Below the pieces are notes generated by a model, which saw only the letters and a list, made by a program, of their open reading frames with translations, did no database searches and had not been told where the DNA came from. A stretch of DNA of 64,000 nt from a virus (lineage: Duplodnaviria > Caudoviricetes): positions 128,001 to 192,000 of the IMG/VR virus record IMGVR_UViG_3300014208_000023. One strand, written 5' to 3'. This document shows, piece after piece, positions 28,449 through 39,347 of the stretch. A program made the position numbers and the translations under genes. Positions within the stretch are counted from its first letter, which is position 1. Each line of letters opens with the position of its first letter.

Positions 28449-30446
28449 CTATTTAAACGCACCCTTACTTGAATCCTTAATAACGCTTCTGCCATTAAGT
28501 ATTATATTTTCTGCATCCATCGTAATTCTGGCGGCACTTCTAAACATCATATCTCCAGTGCTATAAACGACATATCTTGCTTGGGTGGTCACAGAAACTC
28601 CGCTCTTATCTACTCTAAATACGGTCATATTTCCTGCGCCGTCAGCAACCTTAAGATCGAATACTTTAGGTCCATGGTTATCGGTATTGATGTCGGAATT
28701 TCCTAGCTCAAGAAACACATTGCCATCCAAACTAGCCGCTACGCTAATTTCATTCTTATCTTGGCCAATACTTGCAACTACTCCGCCTTCAGTATCTAAC
28801 CAAAGAGATTGACTATCTACTTCGTTAGCCCCTATATTAAGCTCAAGAGATCCGTCAAAATTCATACTACCACTTCTTCCGCCAGCATTAGCATCTGGAC
28901 CAGATACTATAATTTCTTTGCTTACAATATCTGCTACCGGATCAATGAATCCGCCATCCAATAGTGTTGTTGTAGAATATTCTCCTGGATTATAGAATTG
29001 AACTCCGCTTGAGTGTCGTATTACTTTGGCTATGTCATGATAGACAGTTCCATGTCCAATATAAACAGGAGATTTAGGATCCGAGAATCTATCTACTGGA
29101 GCAGCTTTTCCCTTATCCTTATCAACTAGCTTAATAGAATCGTTTTCTATATATTTTTCAATTAGAATATCTTTGTATTCGGTATTAAATATGGCCTCAT
29201 CTGCACCTTTTATTTTATCTGCAAATACAGTAGAATAATTTTCGTATCTAGTATGTAGTGGAATATTTCCAGTACTACTTGATGCGGGAACATTTAGCTT
29301 GAACTGGCCCTCCTTATCAATATCAATAAAGAACCTACTCCGATCTCGCGCGAAATTTGAGGTATCTGATACATTTGGAGGACTAGATTTTTGTGACTCT
29401 TTTCTAGCATTTATTTCAAAATGATAAGCTAGGCTTCTACGCTCAAGTCGCTTTATTGCTTCATATATATTTTTATTTGCTGCCGAAGTAGTAGATTTTA
29501 TCTTGACTATTGAAAAGTCTTCTTCACCAATAGGAAGGACATTTCTATTTATATCAAGAATGTTTCCATAGATATCTACTACGGTTCCTTTAATCGTCTC
29601 CATAAGATGATTGGGATATGTTAGGCTTAAGCTTAATGTGTCTGCTCTGCTATTTCTTCTGCTAATGAATACGGCATTATCATTATCTGATGTTTGTCCA
29701 TTATAATCTTTTAATTCTTGATCATTACTTTTTACTTTAGCAAGATCTTCATATTCGAAAATAACTTCTCTTTTTTCTATTCTGGCAGGATTTCTAGCAA
29801 TGGAGCCGTAACTAGAGGTTGTAGTTTGTGCTACTGGGTCCAAACCAATTTCTTTTAGAACGGAATTGAATGATGTGTCGCTAGTTCTGGAAAAAGTGCT
29901 GAAATTTTCTTGTGGTTTCTTATCGCGAAGAATAGTTCCAATTATTTCTCTTCCAGCCTGAGTGATTGTATATGAATTGGAAAATGAATTAATTGTTAAT
30001 TTTTGCGCCGTATTATAAACGACATTATCTTTATATGTTCCAATTTTAATTTGTTCGGAGTTTAAGCTAATAGGCGCATTAGGGTGAGCCTGTATTGTTA
30101 AATCTCCCCTCTTAAGTGATGGAATTTTAATTTCAGTTGGGCTTACTTTACTATTGCTGGCCGGGTCTCTGGCCAAGAAGGCTAAAATATAATAGTGGTG
30201 GCCAGCTTCTGCCTGCACTACCGCAACCGGAGTTCCCTCCGCAACAAGCCCTCCTATGAATCCGCCACCAGACGATAAGTATGATAGAGGCAACTGGGCT
30301 TTAGATAAATGACTTTTTCTAGAGCGTAATGATGTATCGCCCATATTATTAGCGAAAGAAATATCAACCGTCATGGTGTCTGGATACACCTTCTCTATGG
30401 TAGCAAGCCTTACTAGGCCGGTCGGTTTAAAAATTGGTGAGTTCAT
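28449..30446 (-). CDS. Baseplate central spike (gp5/VgrG C-terminal-like)
   Basis: N-terminal OB-fold-like segment (LATIEKVYPDTMTVDISF...GTPVAVV) and C-terminal beta-repeat (DMMFRSAARITMDAENIILNG); follows the hub gene. Confidence 0.65.
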   Translation of the reverse strand: MNSPIFKPTGLVRLATIEKVYPDTMTVDISFANNMGDTSLRSRKSHLSKAQLPLSYLSSGGGFIGGLVAEGTPVAVVQAEAGHHYYILAFLARDPASNSKVSPTEIKIPSLKRGDLTIQAHPNAPISLNSEQIKIGTYKDNVVYNTAQKLTINSFSNSYTITQAGREIIGTILRDKKPQENFSTFSRTSDTSFNSVLKEIGLDPVAQTTTSSYGSIARNPARIEKREVIFEYEDLAKVKSNDQELKDYNGQTSDNDNAVFISRRNSRADTLSLSLTYPNHLMETIKGTVVDIYGNILDINRNVLPIGEEDFSIVKIKSTTSAANKNIYEAIKRLERRSLAYHFEINARKESQKSSPPNVSDTSNFARDRSRFFIDIDKEGQFKLNVPASSSTGNIPLHTRYENYSTVFADKIKGADEAIFNTEYKDILIEKYIENDSIKLVDKDKGKAAPVDRFSDPKSPVYIGHGTVYHDIAKVIRHSSGVQFYNPGEYSTTTLLDGGFIDPVADIVSKEIIVSGPDANAGGRSGSMNFDGSLELNIGANEVDSQSLWLDTEGGVVASIGQDKNEISVAASLDGNVFLELGNSDINTDNHGPKVFDLKVADGAGNMTVFRVDKSGVSVTTQARYVVYSTGDMMFRSAARITMDAENIILNGRSVIKDSSKGAFK

Positions 30447-33400
30447 TTTTTGGTTGGCCCAAACGTAATCCAGAAATCTATAATATGATTGTGCAGAGCG
30501 CCATCTATCTTGGCTTGAGGGTCATCTTTTCCCTGGGGTTTCTTCTCTAATACCGTTTTTGCTAAATAGAATGCTTTTCTTGATGGATATCTGTATTCTC
30601 CGATAATGGCAGGGCTAGAATCTACCGGCTGAACTACAACCTGATTTTTGCCTTTAAAATTCATCAATCTTTTAAGATTTTTTTCCTTGCCAGGAGGAGT
30701 GCTTTCGCCACTTAATTCTGGTCCGCCGAGGATATAATCATTTATTTTATTAGCAAAACTTTCCATAGTAGGATTAACGCTATTAAATTGAGATTGGCTA
30801 TTGTGATATATCCGTAATTCTAATATTGGTTTAAAATCATTTGTTGCTAATGATAATGTTGTTGCCGCTTGAGTTATAACCTGATCTAGAACTGCTCTAT
30901 TTGTTTCCGCTAACTGATTAAGGAATATATCAAGATCGGTAGTTGTCAATAGATTAACCGCTACTGCACCCAAGTTTTCTTGACGAAAAACGTTACCCTG
31001 GCGTTTATGACTTAAATTTGGCAAAATCTTATTGTTTTTATAAAGCACTTTTCCAATAACATCTAGTGGTGTTGGAATATATTCTCCTGGATTGTGCCCA
31101 TATTTTATTTGCATTGATGTTGAAAAACTTTTACCATAATTAAAAGTATGACTTACCGAATCAACATAAAACAATAAGTCTCTATCTTCAATATAAACAA
31201 CTTCACCGGGCTGCTGATACTCATTTCCAACTATAGACACTTCTCCTTGCAATACTTCTTTCCTTGCCTTATTAAGTATTGATACTGCATATGGAGCTAG
31301 CTGTGACGCTGGATCATGAAGGAATGGAGCATCTACTTGCTGTGGGAGTGATATTCCATACATTCTCCATAAATCATAATCAACCGCAGTCGCTGATGCC
31401 ATAGCGTTGCCGTTGGTTCCTATCACCGCTAGTTCGGCAGGCAAATTCATTTTTTGCAAATCAAAAGTTCCAACAACATTTACTGCAGTAAATACTGGTT
31501 TGGTTTCATTTATCTGATATGAAACAATGTCTCTATTTTTTAGAACATATCGTTTAGACGATCCTACACCAATATCATCATAGCTTTCATCCTCTATCAT
31601 ATGCTCAAACATTTGAGGGACATCACTACTTTTAGATAGACTGGGAAATAATAGATTATTTTGTCCAGATTTTTTATCTAGAGAAAGCCCTTCTTTTAAA
31701 TTTTTGAGAGCATTGGCGGCAGACTTAATGGCTTGCTCTCTATCAGAAAGTAGTTGAGCAATTTTGTTAGTAATCTGAAGAACTGCCAAATTTTTTGAAT
31801 TGAGAGCAATAGCATCAGTGCTAGTTGCGCCAAATTCTTGCTCTATATTGAATACCTCTCCGGTTCTTGACGCTAGCCTGTCTTTTATGTTTTGAAATCT
31901 ATCAGTTGATCCGGCCAAGCTTTGTATTTCAGTTAAGCTTTTAAATTGATTTGACGCACCATATGCTGGAGCTCCTGATTGAATAAATTGAGCCCTACCA
32001 GTGCTACCGAAAACTGCCAAATTTGCTTGCGAATTCAATTGTTGCGCTACGCCATCAAGATAGGTTGGATCGGCCTTTAATTTAACCGTAGTAACATTTT
32101 TAGTTATAGAGCCAAGGGTGTCTGATAAGAAACTAAAGTTACCCCCACTAATTACGTTTGACTCTCCTATAGTAGAATTGATGAGCTGTGTAGCTTGTCC
32201 GTCATCAGTTTTGCCAAGAGCAAAGCAATATAGTCTAATGCGGTCCTCAAGAATTTCAATTCTTTTATATACATCACTTATTTGAGTGATGAATAAGTCT
32301 TCTAAGAATTGAGGGAAAACTTGAATACCAGTCTCATCTTTTTGTTGCAACATTTTATAGAAAACGGAGCTTGGCATCCTATTGTATTTTGGATTCCTTA
32401 TTTCTATATGTCCTTGTGTATTGCAAAATACTTCAAGCTTTAGCTTATCAGCTACTGATATTATTTGTTGTGATACCGTAGTATAATCGCTCTTAAAGAT
32501 ACTTAAATTAGCAAATGATTGTTCGAATGCCTGAATGTCATAATCTTTATCATAAGTATCATCAACTATAAATAAATTAACATCTTCATTAGCTCTAACT
32601 TTCCAAGCTAATCTTCTGGTTAAGAATTTTATTTTTTTACGTAATTCTCTTCTACTTTTAACTGTTGGAGATAATTTACTATCTAATTTAAAATCAGTAT
32701 AATCATATGATATATCATTGCCAATTACTTTGATTGGAGGATTATCTTTATTATTAATCTCTTTATGTATGCTAGTTATTTTTTCTTGTATTGCGGTATC
32801 ATACTTTAACATGGCCGTTCTTAATCCGGCAACCGCAGTAGAGTCTGGGGCTAAAAACGCCATCTTATCCGCCAATGCCGCACGCTCTTCCGTTAGTTTT
32901 CGAAGATCGGAATCAAACTTAAGGGCAGTTAATTGGCTACCCATTATCTTTTCGAAACTAGCTTCATCCATAGTTAATAATTTGAATGGAATAAAGTTAC
33001 CGTAGATAGCATTCTTATTTTTTATGTCAGCGCGAAGGCCTCTAAAATAAGAAACCGCAGATGTCTGATTAGTTATAAAATCTCTAGATAGAGTTCCAGT
33101 TTTTGTTGCGCCTTGGTAGTATGTTGCATAATTATATGGCTCACCAGTTATCAATAGAGATAACACATTCATTATATCTTGACCGGAGAATGGATCTTCA
33201 GTTAGAGATTGTCCTCTAGGAGCTCCTGGCTGATAACTATCTCCAAATAAAACTAGTGAAGCAATTCCCTGTTTCCACCTATATACTAATCCCTCAGGAT
33301 CATAAAAAGGCTGTTCCTGTTGTTTTCCTTTAATAGGTTGTGGAATATTTGAGCTAACTCTATTGAAATATCCGGCCTCTGTTGGAACGGATCCTGCTAA

Positions 33401-35167
33401 TGGGCCATTGTTATTTTTAACGAATACCGATTTGAATATCTGTTTATTTTCAGACAATAACTCTGGGTCTTTTCCATTGGCTATTCCAGTTTCAACGCCG
33501 GATACCGTATCATATTTAAGATCGAATGGGGTAAGCGGATCGAACAAAACTCCATTATAAACATCCATTGATGGATTTATATTTACTATTCCGTGCTCGA
33601 AAAATTTAGCGTTATCGCCGCCAGAAGCACTTACTTGATATCCTCCGTTTGAATATCTAGATATCGCTTGCTCAAAAATTCCGGTAAATATGCAGGCGCC
33701 TTGTTTGTCAGCAACGAACTGACTACGAAGAGCGAGCCATAGCGGAGTTGGAAAATCACTGCCGACGAAAATTGATTTTTCTACCGAATACCCGGCATTT
33801 ACATTTAAGGCGTCTTTTATGTTTTGAGTTAAGTCGCTTATACCCTGCATAAGCTTCAGTCCAGTTACTCCGCTTTGTAATCCTCCAGTTATTTTGGAGT
33901 CTAGTTTCTTTTTTGAATTAACAAATATGCTAATGCTATCCATTGGCTGAATAATGAGCTTATTCATATAATGAAGACGAAGTTTTTGTCTTAAAACATT
34001 TAATCTATTATTTTTATCACTGTTAGACGTTACTGCTCTTCGTTTGCTATTTTCAGTTAGCGATAACTGATTATACATTGCACTAACTATATTAACAAAT
34101 AATTTGGCTTCAGTCTTCGAAAGGCCTTGTTCTCCATATTCTTTATTGTAAGCAGGATTTTCTAATAGTATAGTGGAATCTATGGCAGAATCAACTGCCG
34201 CACTTCCAAATAAATTGGTGCCGCTACTTATATTGAAATTAATCTCTATTCCAGCAACATCTATTATTGCCCTAATACGCTTGCTAACTAATGTGCCCGG
34301 CTCTAATATAAATCGTATTGGATTAACATTTCTAGATGCTCTTTCTAGACTTAACTGACCTTTTTGTATTTCTAAAGTATCTTCGGCAAATTTAGTTAAA
34401 AGCTGAAAACCTTTATTGTTATAAAGAGCATTATTTGCGGAAGATATTGCGGTTTCAATATCATTGCTAGTAATGGTCATTATGTTATATGGGTCAGAGA
34501 AATTTATATTAAATCTTCCCTGTCCGAACTGCAGTCCGGTGGTAGTTGAAAAATCCATCGCGGTAGTAAATTCGATTACTCCAGTTCCCTCACCAAAACC
34601 ATTGGTATTGCTTGGGTTGCTTTGCCACGTAGTATATCTGGCATCCGTATTAAACGCCAGAATTCTTCTGACCCTATTAACGGTATCTTTGAACTTGCCG
34701 AGATTAACTCCAACCGCATCTAGCGCATCTACTGCTCCAAATAAAATTGGCAATAGGTGATAATCTACCTCTCCAATTTGCGTAGATATTTGAGCTATCT
34801 TGGTAAGCTTTTCATAATTACTAATTTGCTTACATTTATTTTGAAATAATGTTTTTGTAGCAAGAAGAAATATTCTTTCATCTTTATCCATTAAGTCTGG
34901 TCGAAAATTCTCAGCTAAAGAAGCAAATGCCCTCTTCTTAACTAAAATCGTGGCTTCTGGTTCCTGAAGCAAAATATCTAACTGTTTTGGCGTTGCGTCG
35001 CCAAAATGATTTCTAAAATATCCCTGTTCGGTATATGAGCGCTGGGCAGATCTATCATATTTATTTGCGAACGAACCTAAATTCGCAGATTTTACTTTAT
35101 TTTCGCCCGTGTAAAATTGCTGATCCAGCGCATCACCTAAATTTGAAAGAAAATCATCAACACTCAT
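30443..35167 (-). CDS. Baseplate hub protein (gp27/VgrG N-terminal-like), very large
   Basis: 1574 aa after the tube initiator; C-terminal GEVSIVGNEYQQPGEVVYIEDRDLLFYVDSVSHTFNYGKSFSTSMQIKYG is typical of hub barrels. Confidence 0.7.
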   Translation of the reverse strand: MSVDDFLSNLGDALDQQFYTGENKVKSANLGSFANKYDRSAQRSYTEQGYFRNHFGDATPKQLDILLQEPEATILVKKRAFASLAENFRPDLMDKDERIFLLATKTLFQNKCKQISNYEKLTKIAQISTQIGEVDYHLLPILFGAVDALDAVGVNLGKFKDTVNRVRRILAFNTDARYTTWQSNPSNTNGFGEGTGVIEFTTAMDFSTTTGLQFGQGRFNINFSDPYNIMTITSNDIETAISSANNALYNNKGFQLLTKFAEDTLEIQKGQLSLERASRNVNPIRFILEPGTLVSKRIRAIIDVAGIEINFNISSGTNLFGSAAVDSAIDSTILLENPAYNKEYGEQGLSKTEAKLFVNIVSAMYNQLSLTENSKRRAVTSNSDKNNRLNVLRQKLRLHYMNKLIIQPMDSISIFVNSKKKLDSKITGGLQSGVTGLKLMQGISDLTQNIKDALNVNAGYSVEKSIFVGSDFPTPLWLALRSQFVADKQGACIFTGIFEQAISRYSNGGYQVSASGGDNAKFFEHGIVNINPSMDVYNGVLFDPLTPFDLKYDTVSGVETGIANGKDPELLSENKQIFKSVFVKNNNGPLAGSVPTEAGYFNRVSSNIPQPIKGKQQEQPFYDPEGLVYRWKQGIASLVLFGDSYQPGAPRGQSLTEDPFSGQDIMNVLSLLITGEPYNYATYYQGATKTGTLSRDFITNQTSAVSYFRGLRADIKNKNAIYGNFIPFKLLTMDEASFEKIMGSQLTALKFDSDLRKLTEERAALADKMAFLAPDSTAVAGLRTAMLKYDTAIQEKITSIHKEINNKDNPPIKVIGNDISYDYTDFKLDSKLSPTVKSRRELRKKIKFLTRRLAWKVRANEDVNLFIVDDTYDKDYDIQAFEQSFANLSIFKSDYTTVSQQIISVADKLKLEVFCNTQGHIEIRNPKYNRMPSSVFYKMLQQKDETGIQVFPQFLEDLFITQISDVYKRIEILEDRIRLYCFALGKTDDGQATQLINSTIGESNVISGGNFSFLSDTLGSITKNVTTVKLKADPTYLDGVAQQLNSQANLAVFGSTGRAQFIQSGAPAYGASNQFKSLTEIQSLAGSTDRFQNIKDRLASRTGEVFNIEQEFGATSTDAIALNSKNLAVLQITNKIAQLLSDREQAIKSAANALKNLKEGLSLDKKSGQNNLLFPSLSKSSDVPQMFEHMIEDESYDDIGVGSSKRYVLKNRDIVSYQINETKPVFTAVNVVGTFDLQKMNLPAELAVIGTNGNAMASATAVDYDLWRMYGISLPQQVDAPFLHDPASQLAPYAVSILNKARKEVLQGEVSIVGNEYQQPGEVVYIEDRDLLFYVDSVSHTFNYGKSFSTSMQIKYGHNPGEYIPTPLDVIGKVLYKNNKILPNLSHKRQGNVFRQENLGAVAVNLLTTTDLDIFLNQLAETNRAVLDQVITQAATTLSLATNDFKPILELRIYHNSQSQFNSVNPTMESFANKINDYILGGPELSGESTPPGKEKNLKRLMNFKGKNQVVVQPVDSSPAIIGEYRYPSRKAFYLAKTVLEKKPQGKDDPQAKIDGALHNHIIDFWITFGPTKK

Positions 35168-35176
35168 ATTTACTTT

Positions 35177-36088
35177 TTAAATTCCAAATGGATTACTGCC
35201 GCCGCTACCAAATTCGGATTTGATTCCGGTTTTTGGTAAATGCCCACCAATACCAGAATAAGATAGTGGAACTGAAGAAGAGCTTCCTGGATCAATGAAG
35301 CCATCAACTGCGCTTCTTTGATTTGCAAATGTATTTGTTCTATATCCTCTTCTTTGAGTTACTACGAATTTAATGCTGTATTTGAAAAAGCCCATCTGAT
35401 CTACGCTCTCTGTAATATTCATAGATGAGAAGTATCCTCTAAAAACCCACCCTGAATAATAGAACTCAATACCTGTAGCCATAGCGGCCAAAGATGGAAC
35501 ATCTTTTGGAAGAACACTCTGCCCAGTTGGGCTACCGCCAATTAAACCAGCAACCGACGCGCCAGCAGCACCTAAAATGCCACCTATTCCTGCACCTCCC
35601 AAAGCGCTATCAACAAGATCATTAATGCCGGACACTGTGCTATCCGCAGCCATTGTTAGAGCAATGCTGTCAAACATATATTGTTCTGCTCTGTATATTT
35701 CAAATAGAACGTTTAGGCCTTCAACTCCAGAACTACCGGTGTGTCCCTCAAGTGATAGTTCAGAAAGATCTTCTCCCCAATATTGAATAATAAATCCGCC
35801 TTTTGTTCTTTCTTTATTTATTAACTTGGTATTGGTATAATTTATGGATTGTGGATTTATAAACATTGGTATTATTCCAACCTCTGGAACGAACCAATGG
35901 GCAACATGTCTTGTTAGACGGCCTTTACGGCCTGGCCTTATTTTTGATGCAGGAAGACCATTACCGTCAGCCGTAGGCATAGGTGGAGTTATAAAGCCAT
36001 TTTGTTCAAAATCTTGAATAGTATAGCTTTTTTCACCGCTATCAGCAGTGCCAGCAAGATTTTCTATTATATCATTAAGTAGTGGCAT
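35177..36088 (-). CDS. Tail tube initiator/baseplate tube-cap-like protein
   Basis: FINPQSINYTNTKLINKERTKGGFIIQYWGEDLSELSLEGHTG; directly downstream of the tape measure. Confidence 0.7.
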   Translation of the reverse strand: MPLLNDIIENLAGTADSGEKSYTIQDFEQNGFITPPMPTADGNGLPASKIRPGRKGRLTRHVAHWFVPEVGIIPMFINPQSINYTNTKLINKERTKGGFIIQYWGEDLSELSLEGHTGSSGVEGLNVLFEIYRAEQYMFDSIALTMAADSTVSGINDLVDSALGGAGIGGILGAAGASVAGLIGGSPTGQSVLPKDVPSLAAMATGIEFYYSGWVFRGYFSSMNITESVDQMGFFKYSIKFVVTQRRGYRTNTFANQRSAVDGFIDPGSSSSVPLSYSGIGGHLPKTGIKSEFGSGGSNPFGI

Positions 36089-38274
36089 TAGTATCCTGGA
36101 TCATTTTTTGGTTTTATAAATGTAGAGCGATGAACTGGGCTGCGTCCCGGAGCAGCATTAAAACCATTCATATCATCTTCTTGATTGATGTTATTATTAG
36201 TAGATGATTGTTTTGCGGTAAAGAATTTTTCAAATTCTTTATTAGTTTCTACCTTAACTACTACGCTAATTTCTTTTTTTGACTGAATATTAGCATTCGT
36301 CACCGCGGCCATGGTTCCAGCACGATTTCTCTGATCCGCATTTCTTGTTAAATCTTTTCTATTAACAACATTACCGTTAGTTGCTCCTGTAAGTATATTT
36401 GGATCTGGCAAACTAGGAGTATTTTTTTGTATATCTTTATTTTTATTATTTTCTTTTAATTTATCATTAAGCATTTTTAATGCAGATGCGCCACCTGTTA
36501 CATCACCTAATGCGCCTTCAGTCATTGACTTAATTCCACCCAAACTCTCTTTCAATCCTACTGATAGCTGTTCATATGCATCAATCATAGTTTGAGAGTT
36601 TATTTTTTTACCTTCATTTTCTGTAACGCCCTTTAATTCTCTAGATTCTTTATCGCCACCTCTGCTCTGGGCCGCCATCGCTCCAGATGATAGCAGCTGT
36701 AATATATTGGAGTTTCCAGATCCTAAATTTTCCCTCATACGCATTAGCGCTGACATTTGAGTTGCCATGGCGGTTCTTTCGCTAGCCAAAGCAACCTTAT
36801 TAAGTATTGTATTAGTTTCTTTTTGCAAGCTATTACCTTGGTTAGCTACAGATTCTAGTGCTTTATCTCCTACCTTTGCCGCCTTACCTAAATTACCTGA
36901 AGCCAATGCATCAAGTAATTTAGTTGCCTTTTCATCGGCACCAGGACCAGAGCCAACCATATTTCCGAATACTCCGCTTTTCATCATCTCTCGCTGCTTA
37001 ACGAACTGCGCTGCGGCATCTTGGCTTTTGGTAGCCTCATCTGATGTAACAATTCTGCCTCCGAATTGCTGCTTCATAGTATTTAGAACCATCATCATTA
37101 CTTCATCGGACTTTCCTTCACGATTTAGTTTTTCCATTTGCATCGCTCCCTGAAATCCTCCAGGGCCACCGGAACGTGCAGATACAAAGGCTTTAGTTCC
37201 AATAGTTAGCTCGCCAACTGACTTTATCATTCCTTGAATAATATCTGTAGAGGCGCTTGATGTTAGTCCAGTATTGCGTAATGCATCCATAAACTTCATC
37301 ATTACTCTGGCCGCCGCTTCAGTGTTATTACCAACATACTTAAATTGTTCAGCTACTTTTCCAAGAAATCCAGCGGTCTCGCCAAATTGCATATTAAGAT
37401 CTTTAGATAGCGTAGACATCGTGGCAAAAAGGGTAAGACCTTTACCAGCCTTATCATTAACGGCCCCCATTGGATTACCAAGATTGACGTATGCAGTGCT
37501 CATTGCCTTCATAACGGCATCCATATTTTGACCTGAACCAGTCATAACTTTCATGGCTGCATTTAGTGAAGACATTTCGCCACCTAGATTTTCACTCATA
37601 GTGATGTTTTCATCCATCACGCCAGGAATAGCATTAAAAGCTTCCGCATATTTTCCAACAGACGCAATAGTCATTCCGTTAGCTTCTGCTACGTTTGATA
37701 GGCTATTCTCATACTTTTGAGTTGTAGCCGCAAGATTTCCAATAATATCACCTTGGTCATCAAACATTTTATTTAAGTTGCCACCTGCAGAAAGCATTCC
37801 CACCATTTGGGCCTCTGCTCTTTGTCCAAATGAAGCATTATCTTTAATATTTGATAGCATTAAATTAAATGTTTTACCTCCAGGAACTTTCTCCATTAGT
37901 TGAGTTAGATGTGTCCATTCAGATCCCATCGATGAAATTTGTTCTTGAATTGTTCCAAAAGTAGCGGTAGATGCTGATAATCCTGAAAACACATCTTTTG
38001 TTTTTGTTATTTCACGAAAAGTAATATAACTTTTACTGAATTTTTCAAAAATTTCTTTGTTTTCAACAACTAGATTATTGATCTCTTTGAATTTTTTAAA
38101 TGTATCTATACCGATTTGTGACAAATCATCAAAAGCAGTTTTAAGCATTCCAGTTAAGGATGCGCTTATATTTTTAATACCTTCTTCTCTTGAAGCTAAA
38201 AATAATTCTTGAGCCTTATTATCTTCTGCTAAAATTTCTGCTGCAGTTTTTGCTTTTGTAGGAGTTTCAGACAT
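36088..38274 (-). CDS. Tape measure protein
   Basis: 728 aa, helical and Ala/Met/Gly-rich; canonical position after tube and chaperones. Confidence 0.78.
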   Translation of the reverse strand: MSETPTKAKTAAEILAEDNKAQELFLASREEGIKNISASLTGMLKTAFDDLSQIGIDTFKKFKEINNLVVENKEIFEKFSKSYITFREITKTKDVFSGLSASTATFGTIQEQISSMGSEWTHLTQLMEKVPGGKTFNLMLSNIKDNASFGQRAEAQMVGMLSAGGNLNKMFDDQGDIIGNLAATTQKYENSLSNVAEANGMTIASVGKYAEAFNAIPGVMDENITMSENLGGEMSSLNAAMKVMTGSGQNMDAVMKAMSTAYVNLGNPMGAVNDKAGKGLTLFATMSTLSKDLNMQFGETAGFLGKVAEQFKYVGNNTEAAARVMMKFMDALRNTGLTSSASTDIIQGMIKSVGELTIGTKAFVSARSGGPGGFQGAMQMEKLNREGKSDEVMMMVLNTMKQQFGGRIVTSDEATKSQDAAAQFVKQREMMKSGVFGNMVGSGPGADEKATKLLDALASGNLGKAAKVGDKALESVANQGNSLQKETNTILNKVALASERTAMATQMSALMRMRENLGSGNSNILQLLSSGAMAAQSRGGDKESRELKGVTENEGKKINSQTMIDAYEQLSVGLKESLGGIKSMTEGALGDVTGGASALKMLNDKLKENNKNKDIQKNTPSLPDPNILTGATNGNVVNRKDLTRNADQRNRAGTMAAVTNANIQSKKEISVVVKVETNKEFEKFFTAKQSSTNNNINQEDDMNGFNAAPGRSPVHRSTFIKPKNDPGY

Positions 38275-38626
38275 TTATTTTTTTTCTTTTTCGTCTCCGA
38301 GGGGTTAATCTTGCTCTTTCTCTTTCTATTTCGTCACTCATTTCTTTAACAAGTCTAGAAGAGGCTTCAAAATCTTCATCTGAAGAAACCATTGTTTCTG
38401 AATCAGATCCCATGGCTTGCTTAACGCCTTCAGGGTTCATAAAAGATGCGGTTAGATAGCTATTATTTTCCAACAATTTCCAGCTGTCTTGATAGTCCTC
38501 AGCCCAACTATGCTGCATCCAAGCAAGCATGACGGGGTTAAGTTTATCTAAATCCAGTTCGTCAGGAAATTTTCGATATGTTTTACACAGGAACCACAAA
38601 AATCGATGTTCTGGGTCCCTTACTAT
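38267..38626 (-). CDS. C-terminal extension of the tail assembly chaperone (lambda gpGT-like), reached by -1 frameshift
   Basis: The -1 frame is open from the A7 run (IVRDPEHRFLWFLCKTYRKF...) into track ORF 38267..38599, whose TTG start has no RBS. Confidence 0.8.
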   Translation of the reverse strand: MVRDPEHRFLWFLCKTYRKFPDELDLDKLNPVMLAWMQHSWAEDYQDSWKLLENNSYLTASFMNPEGVKQAMGSDSETMVSSDEDFEASSRLVKEMSDEIERERARLTPRRRKRKKINV

Positions 38627-39228
38627 TTTTTTAGTTCTTCAGAAACCTCTTTCATATCTTCAACGGTTTTAATTGAAAATTGAGAATCTGAAGTTGTTTT
38701 TAATTCTTGGTATGCCGTAAATAGTTGATCGGTAACGGTTTCTTCAAGATCTTCTAGCATTTTAATCTTATCAGATAGACTATTTACTTTAACCATAACG
38801 GCTATTTCGTGCTGATCAATTTTTATTAAAGAATGAGCTAGAGTGTTAAACTTAAGGTTATAGGCCTCATCTACCTTATTGCTAACATCAACTAGCGTTA
38901 GATATACTTGGCGCTGCTCTCTGGACTTTAATGTGCGCAAAGTAAAGGTAACTCCTCCAATTTTTACATCTTTTGTCATCTTACCAATATCACACAGATA
39001 CTCTAATCTGGTTTTTGACTGCTGGCTAATTGGTGGATTTATCTTCTCTTTTCTTGCGCGGCGTAGGGCCTCTTCTTCTTCGGCAGATACCTCGAATGAA
39101 TCTAGCGGCTGGCCATATGAAGAAAAGCTCTCGTCTGGCATATCTTCATCTCCGCCAATCATGGGAAATTCGCGCATCGTTCGGCTACCAACTGATTTTT
39201 TTAGAACAGGCTTTTGAAAATCTGACAT
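38623..39228 (-). CDS. Tail assembly chaperone (gpG-like)
   Basis: AAGGAG RBS; KDVKIGGVTFTLRTLKSREQ motif; lies between tube and tape measure; ends CTA AAA AAA TAG. Confidence 0.8.
   Translation of the reverse strand: MSDFQKPVLKKSVGSRTMREFPMIGGDEDMPDESFSSYGQPLDSFEVSAEEEEALRRARKEKINPPISQQSKTRLEYLCDIGKMTKDVKIGGVTFTLRTLKSREQRQVYLTLVDVSNKVDEAYNLKFNTLAHSLIKIDQHEIAVMVKVNSLSDKIKMLEDLEETVTDQLFTAYQELKTTSDSQFSIKTVEDMKEVSEELKK
38626..38632 (-). other. -1 ribosomal frameshift slippery site (A AAA AAA)
   Basis: X XXY YYZ heptamer in correct phase immediately before the TAG stop. Confidence 0.78.
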
Positions 39229-39292
39229 TTTTCTCCTTTAAACATTACTGGGCTTAAATATGCTATATCTTGCCTTATGGGCTTTATTAAAT

Positions 39293-39328
39293 AATAATGC
39301 CACACTACATTAATAGCGTGGCATTATT
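39293..39328 (-). terminator. Hairpin after the tail tube gene, probable terminator
   Basis: 11-bp arms aataatgccac/gtggcattatt; AT-rich tail on the minus strand. Confidence 0.6.
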
Positions 39329-39347
39329 GGTATTTAGTAGGGCTTAA

